A DNA stretch of 64,000 nucleotides from Pseudogymnoascus verrucosus (lineage: Eukaryota): NCBI GenBank assembly GCA_001662655.1, contig KV460245.1; one strand, 5' to 3'. The notes below the pieces were generated by a model. It had not been told where the DNA came from. It saw only the letters and a list, made by a program, of their open reading frames with translations, and did not search any database. A program made the position numbers and the translations under genes. This document shows, one piece after another, positions 58,298-64,000 of the stretch (the stretch's first letter is position 1; each line of letters opens with the position of its first letter).

Positions 58298-60103
58298 TCA
58301 AACAGCAATACCCCTCTGAGACCACCCTCCCGGCCCCTTCCACGCCCACGCCCACAGCAAGCACGCAAGCCACACGCTCCCCGCCATCGCCCAGAACGTA
58401 GTCTCATAGCACCCCCGCCCATAACAAAGCACATCCGTATCCCTATCCTCCACACCCCCCTTCCCCGCCGCCCACTGATACACACTACTATACACCACCC
58501 CCCACACCGTCGCCCCCAGCGCCGGCACGACCGCGACGATTCCCCAATTTGTTCCGAAGTTCTCCACACCCCAGATGACGCTGATGATAATAGGAGTGAT
58601 GCTGAAAACCGCTCCGTAACCAGCTCCGATGGCTGATGAGACGATCCAGAAGCGCTCCCCGTTACCCTGGATGAATCCGCTTGCTAATGCAACTTGTCCG
58701 CCTGCCATGAGGATGGAGAAGAAGAGGAGGAAGACGATGCGGGAGATTGTAAGACGGGAGGGGCGAAATGATGGTGGACGAAGGGAGGAGATGGATGCAG
58801 CCATGTTTTCGTGGGGGCGGGAGGCGGGAGCGAGGAGGTCGGTGAGTGTACCGGTGAGGATGCGCGCGATGGTGCTAGTCACGGCGACGATACTCACATG
58901 CGTAGCTGCTGTAGTTTTAGTCTCGCCCTTGACGCCTGGTTCGAGGGGAGGGTAGAGCGTCCCAATGATGGTGCCGAGATTATTAACGAATGCCTCTCCG
59001 GGGCCGGTGACGAGGAAGAAACCCAGGGCAAGGAGCCACATCGTCGGATCAGTCAAAAAGATGCGCGTCTCCTCATTAAGCAAGAACGTCTTCTTCCTTG
59101 CCTCCAGCGCCTCCCTCGCAGCCTCCCTCGCCTTCGCCGCCGCCGCCAACCGCCTAGTCGAAGCCGTATCATCCGTCGAATCATGACCATTAATAGATCC
59201 ATAATCCCTCGCCGCCTCGCCCCCCCTAAAAAACGCACTATCCTGCAACAACCCACTCGCCTCCAAATTCTCCAACGCATCATCAATCAGCTCATCCTCA
59301 CCCACAACCTTCAACCCCACCGACCCCAGCAGTCCCGCCGCAAGTAACGTCACAGCCAGGAACAGGAAATACATAAACGGCTCCACATCCCCCTTGCCCC
59401 CGCCCGGCAACCGCTCATAAAGCACACGACTCCCAATCTGACTCTGCCACATCCCACTCAGCCCAAACGCCGCTATCGGCGCCGCGAGCGCAAGTCCCTT
59501 ATGTTTTCCGCGCCCGAAATTCTTCGCACAAGTCGTCACAGCAGACAAATACATACTCGCCGTCCCCATCCCAATCCCCACAAACGCCACAACCATACAC
59601 GCAAACGGCCAACCCCCCTGCTCCTCCGGAACCACCACCTCCGCCGCACCGCTCCGATATGTGAATGCCGCGAGGGTATACCCGAGGCCGAACACCACCC
59701 CCGCGAAGAGCGACAGCGGCGCGGGGCCAACACGGTCGCAGAGGTATCCGAAGATGGGGACGGGGAGGTACATCGCCAGTTCGGCGGTGATGGAAATGAT
59801 ATTCACCTGCAACTGTGTGTAGCGCAGGCGCTCCTGGAATAGGTGTCCGTAGAGGGAGTAGGCGGTTATAGAGCCGGCGCAGAGGCAGGATACGATGGCG
59901 CTCGCGAAGGCGAAGTAGCGCCGCATGTCGCGCTGGTGCGGGGTTTGGTAGCGGTCGGGGAAGTGCATGGAGCTGCTGCTGCTGCTGGCGGGGTGGAGGG
60001 TCGAGGTGGTGTCTTCGGGGGAGGAGTCGGATTCGGGTTCGGCGGGGAGCTGGAGGAGGGGTTGGGTGGGGGAGGAGGGGCGGCGGAGGATTTGGCGGGG
60101 CAT
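58298..60103 (-). CDS. MCH1: MFS transporter, MCH1/nodulin-like
   Basis: CAGSITAYSLYG, YLPVPIFGYLCDR, YLSAVTTCAKNF, PIAAFGLSG, GPGEAFVNNLG and WGVENFGTNWG. Start chosen at ATG 60103. Confidence 0.85.
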   Translation of the reverse strand: MPRQILRRPSSPTQPLLQLPAEPESDSSPEDTTSTLHPASSSSSSMHFPDRYQTPHQRDMRRYFAFASAIVSCLCAGSITAYSLYGHLFQERLRYTQLQVNIISITAELAMYLPVPIFGYLCDRVGPAPLSLFAGVVFGLGYTLAAFTYRSGAAEVVVPEEQGGWPFACMVVAFVGIGMGTASMYLSAVTTCAKNFGRGKHKGLALAAPIAAFGLSGMWQSQIGSRVLYERLPGGGKGDVEPFMYFLFLAVTLLAAGLLGSVGLKVVGEDELIDDALENLEASGLLQDSAFFRGGEAARDYGSINGHDSTDDTASTRRLAAAAKAREAAREALEARKKTFLLNEETRIFLTDPTMWLLALGFFLVTGPGEAFVNNLGTIIGTLYPPLEPGVKGETKTTAATHVSIVAVTSTIARILTGTLTDLLAPASRPHENMAASISSLRPPSFRPSRLTISRIVFLLFFSILMAGGQVALASGFIQGNGERFWIVSSAIGAGYGAVFSITPIIISVIWGVENFGTNWGIVAVVPALGATVWGVVYSSVYQWAAGKGGVEDRDTDVLCYGRGCYETTFWAMAGSVWLACLLWAWAWKGPGGWSQRGIAV

Positions 60104-60537
60104 TGGGAGGTGGTAGTGGTCTGGGAGACCGATGTGAGGTGTATGAGGTTTTGGAGGTAGGACAGTGTCCTGGGTTAATGCGTCGAAGTTTATATCGCAG
60201 AGCTTCGATGCGGATGTCGTTGTTGGGCGTTTGATATGTTGGTGGTTGGTGGTTGCGTCGTTTCCCACGGTGACTGTGTGCGTGATCTGCTCTGACGAGT
60301 GCGGCCGCCGGCCCGATCCACCAAGGCTACGGTAGCCTACGCCACTACATACAAGGGTGCTTTATCATGATAAGAGCTCAGAGATACGAATCCAATTAAG
60401 CAAAACAGTAGATTAGCTCAAAGGGTATATGTGCACTATTATCGGGTTTCATTATGGATGAGCAAGCCAAATATTATTATGCCACAGCTACTCTTCAGTC
60501 GCCTTTCTTCGCGGCGCTCTTCTCAGTCAAACAGCGA

Positions 60538-60703
60538 GCGGAACCCAGACTCCAGGCGCTCATCCTCGAAATGCCCCTTCTAATCATCTAGTGAGCGGCA
60601 CCCAGACTTCAGGCCCTCATTCTCCCAATGCCCCTCCCAGCCTCCAGCCAGCGGCGCCTAGACTCCAGACGCTCATCCTCCCAACGCCCCTCTCAATCAC
60701 CTA
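60538..60703. repeat. About 57-bp tandem repeat, 3 diverged copies, immediately downstream of the VPS11 stop
   Basis: gcggaacccagactccaggcgctcatcctc / gcggcacccagacttcaggccctcattctc / gcggcgcctagactccagacgctcatcctc. Confidence 0.75.
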
Positions 60704-63700
60704 CTCCGCCCCAGGCACCCCCAAAACCCCCCTCCCAAAAAACTCACTCACCGTGCCAAACCTATCCCCACTCCTCTCCAACGCATCCCTAAACACCTCA
60801 TGCTTCCCCGCCATCTCCCCCTGCGCCCTCACAATCGCCCTAATCGTCTCATTCCCCGGCCGACACGTCGGACACTCCCACTTCTCCCCTTCCGCCTCAT
60901 TCGGCACATTCAGACACAGCTGGTGAAAGCTATGTTTGCACAGGAAATGCACCATGGGCGGGTCCAGTGGGCTCCCGCAGCGCGAGCAGCGCGTGGCTTG
61001 GAAGACGACGGGTTGGGTGTTGAGTTCTTCGATCTCCCGACGCTTGGTTGCCGTTTCGGCCTTGTAGGAGGTGATGATGCGGTTGTTGGAGTCGATGTCG
61101 CGGCGCTCGCGCTCGATTGTTTTTTGGAGGTAGGGTTTTATCAGGCCCATTGTCGCGACGGAGTTAGCGGACAGAGTCTGGATGACCTGCAGAGGTGCCA
61201 TGAGGCCGTCGTCGTCGATTTTCTTTAACACCGCGTCTAGTTCGCTGCCTGCTTCCTTGAGGATCCGCGAGTCGGATGTGAAGTACGCGAGAGCTGCGGG
61301 GTAGAGTGCGGGCTCATCCGGGCCGTATTTGCGGAGGGCTTTGATGGCGCCGCGTGTGTCCTTAGCAGCGGTGTAGGAGCGGAAGATGTCGAAGCGCAAC
61401 CCGGCTTGTTCGCGGACGAGGATGGAGCCAGCTTGGAAGTCGGCAAGGTGGGAGAGGAGGAGGACGTTAGAGGTATCGATTGGGATGTCTTTTCCCTCGA
61501 TTAGAGTCTTGGCTTTGGCCTCCCATTCTTCCCGATCATGTCCGTCATCTTCGTTGGCTTTGTGAAGATACATCTCGAAGAGGGTGGTGTAGAGGTCGAC
61601 TTTGTCGCTTTCGGGGACGTCGGGCTGGGCGAGGCAGGCTTCGAGGAAGGTGATGAAGTCGTTGGAGTGGTCGACGAAGGAGGAGAATGCGGTGCGGGGA
61701 CGGGGTGGGATGTACGTGGGGATTGTTGGTGTTGAGCTGCCGTCGCCCAGGTTTATCACATCGTTTATTGCGGGGTTGATGTCCACCTGCGTTGCTGGTG
61801 TTGGCGCAGGAGCATTCCTGAATGGCACTGGAATACGGTTGGCGAGACCTTGCACCGCTTGAGCTGCATTTTGTGCGTAGCCTGCTTCTGGGGGAGGAGT
61901 TTCGGTGGGAACAACCTCGAGAACGGGTTGGTATTTGCCCGTGTAGTAGTCGATGAAGACTTTCGTAGTGTCCTTTGGACAGTTCTCTAATAACACTCTG
62001 GCATATTTCATGAGATTCGGGTAAGCCTTCGGAATGTTAGCCTCCGTCTGATGATGTGTAAATGTGAGTACTTACGGATTCTGGATCGAGCCTGCAGATA
62101 TACTTCAAGGCCTCGCTATACTTCTTCGAATCCTCAATCAATATATCCACGACAATCTCATGCTCCCCATGCTTCGTAGCCAGGTATGCGGCTTGGTCAT
62201 AATACCCGCCTTGGCGGCACATCGAGATCGCCGTGTCGAGATCAAACTTGAGATCCCCCGGCGACTTGATGAATTTCTCCAGCTTATCAATATCCTTCAG
62301 CTTAGCGTAGCAATTCAACAACAACGTCGTATGATCCGCTGTAGCTTTATGATGCTCATGCAGCTCCTCCAGGTACTCAATCAGATTATGTATCCGCTGC
62401 GAATCCAAGTACTTCCTAATGACCTGCGACGGCTCCGTGCTGTCAATAGCCTTAAGATACTGTTGCATCGCGCCATCATAATCCCCCTTCTGGTACAAAT
62501 GCTCTCCATACTTCCTGAAGATAACATTCTGCTGCTGCGCATCCATCCCCGATTTCTGCGCCAGATTGATAGCGTAAATAAACAAATTCCGCTGATAAAA
62601 GATCTCCAGCCTCTGCTCAAGCGTCTTCTCATGATACCTCAAAATCTTCCCCTCCAGCGTGAGCGCATACAGGTCGCCCCACAGATTCAACAGCGTCTGG
62701 ATCTGACTAACCATACTCTCCGAATGCGCCACAATCTGCAGCTCCGTATCCAGCACCGTGAACGTACTCGTATTAAACAGCTCCTCCGCCTGACTCCCCC
62801 CAAACCTTCTCAGCGTGCTCGATTTCGCATTCGATGTCGTGACTGGGGGGGTTATGATAGCCAAGTACTCCTCGTGGCACTGCACCAGGCTCTTGGGGCC
62901 GTCATACGCAAAGCACGGCCCGCGCCCGTCAATGCCGTAGTAGTAAATCGCATCATCCCTCACCACAACCACGTCCCCATTTCTCTCATCCACCGTCATA
63001 CATCCCACCCCACACCCCGCATCCTCAATGGTCCTCGCCGGTTGCCCTTGTCCCTGCCCAGATATCACAAGTTTCAGCAACCGCGCAGTCGTACTAACAT
63101 ACAACGTCGTCAACCTCGCCACATCCCTGAATTCCACCCCCGTAACCGGCTCCTCGCTCTCAAAAACAGTCTTCTGCCTCGTCCCGCGATCATGTATCAA
63201 ATCCCCCCTCACCACCGTCACCGCCCCATTCGCAAACCCGACCGCGAGCTGACTTAAATCCCCCAGCGCCGCAAACGCACTGATCGGGAACGGCTTCCTT
63301 CCATTCTGGATACTGAGCGAGCTCGTGCACGTCGGGAACCCCGTCTTCTTCACCAGCTTGTCCAGTGCCCAGACTTTGAGAATTGGTTCTCGGGGCAGGT
63401 CCTCGGCGATCGTGACGAGCAGTGACGTCCCCTCAATCTGCCGCATATGCGTAATCACCCCGACATCATGCGCGCGCCAGGTCTTCTGGACGCGGAACCC
63501 GCGCGATAGGATCCGAACATCTCCATCGGGGGAGGCGAGGAAGAGGGAGTCGGAACCGGAGGTTATGGCGCTTATGGCGGATGCGGCGAAGATGGGGGTT
63601 TCGGGGTCGGGGGGGGTGAGCTGGGTGGCTTCGAAGAAGTCGAAGGTTTTCCACTGCCATGGGGGGTTAGATGGGGGGTGGGTGATTGGGGGGGGGAGGG

Positions 63701-63724
63701 AGGGCGTACGGAGGTTAAGGCCAT
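60701..63724 (-). CDS. VPS11: HOPS/CORVET subunit Vps11 (Pep5), 3 exons
   Basis: MALTS/WKTFDFFE, AVGFANGAVTVVRGDLIHDRG, clathrin-repeat region (YLDSQRIHNLIEYLEELH) and C-terminal RING (CSRC..HFLCKHSFHQLCL..CPTC). Confidence 0.93.
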
Positions 63725-64000
63725 GGTGTTGGCATGTTGGGGGGGGGAGGTTGGAGTGGTGGTGGTGAGGTCGGAGCTATCAAGGTGGTGATAAGGGTGG
63801 CTGTGAGGCGAGGTTGAGCTATGGGGCGCTAGGCTGGATGGGGGAATATGCTAGGGACCAACCCCGCCGGGTTATCAAGTTGGAAACTGACGGTAAGACA
63901 AAGTAAACGTGATGACTATGCAGCTCAAAAGTTACGAGAGTGACTGTAAATACTAGTAATCTTCATAGTGACTATAATTAAAATACGGGCTTTCAATCAC

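Overview
Gene-dense, intron-containing filamentous ascomycete (Pezizomycotina) DNA with about 22 protein-coding genes. Most are conserved housekeeping genes: MscS channel (5'-partial), KCS1, MTD1, EME1/MMS4, EMC3, SPC2, MMS19, RPF2, PXMP4, alpha-tubulin (tubB type), Cdc11/Nud1, a peroxisomal enoyl-CoA isomerase, ALG2, MCH1 and VPS11. The main finding is two separate dispersed 5S rRNA genes on the minus strand, each split at the same 5-bp site (GCTTG, nt 57-61, duplicated at both junctions) by a small insertion: 16146-19122 (2977 bp) and 29599-33229 (3631 bp). The two insertions share related ends (about 81% and 85% identity by my hand alignment), imperfect asymmetric terminal inverted repeats and inverted subterminal arrays of a 9-bp CAGGGTGAG repeat. 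Each carries one different, apparently intact cargo gene (a secreted GMC oxidoreductase; a PTH11-like 7-TM protein) and no recognisable recombinase or transposase. I infer a family of miniature, non-autonomous, 5S-targeted cargo elements resembling Starships. Gene names come from recognising motifs by eye, not from database searches, and exon boundaries were inferred by hand.
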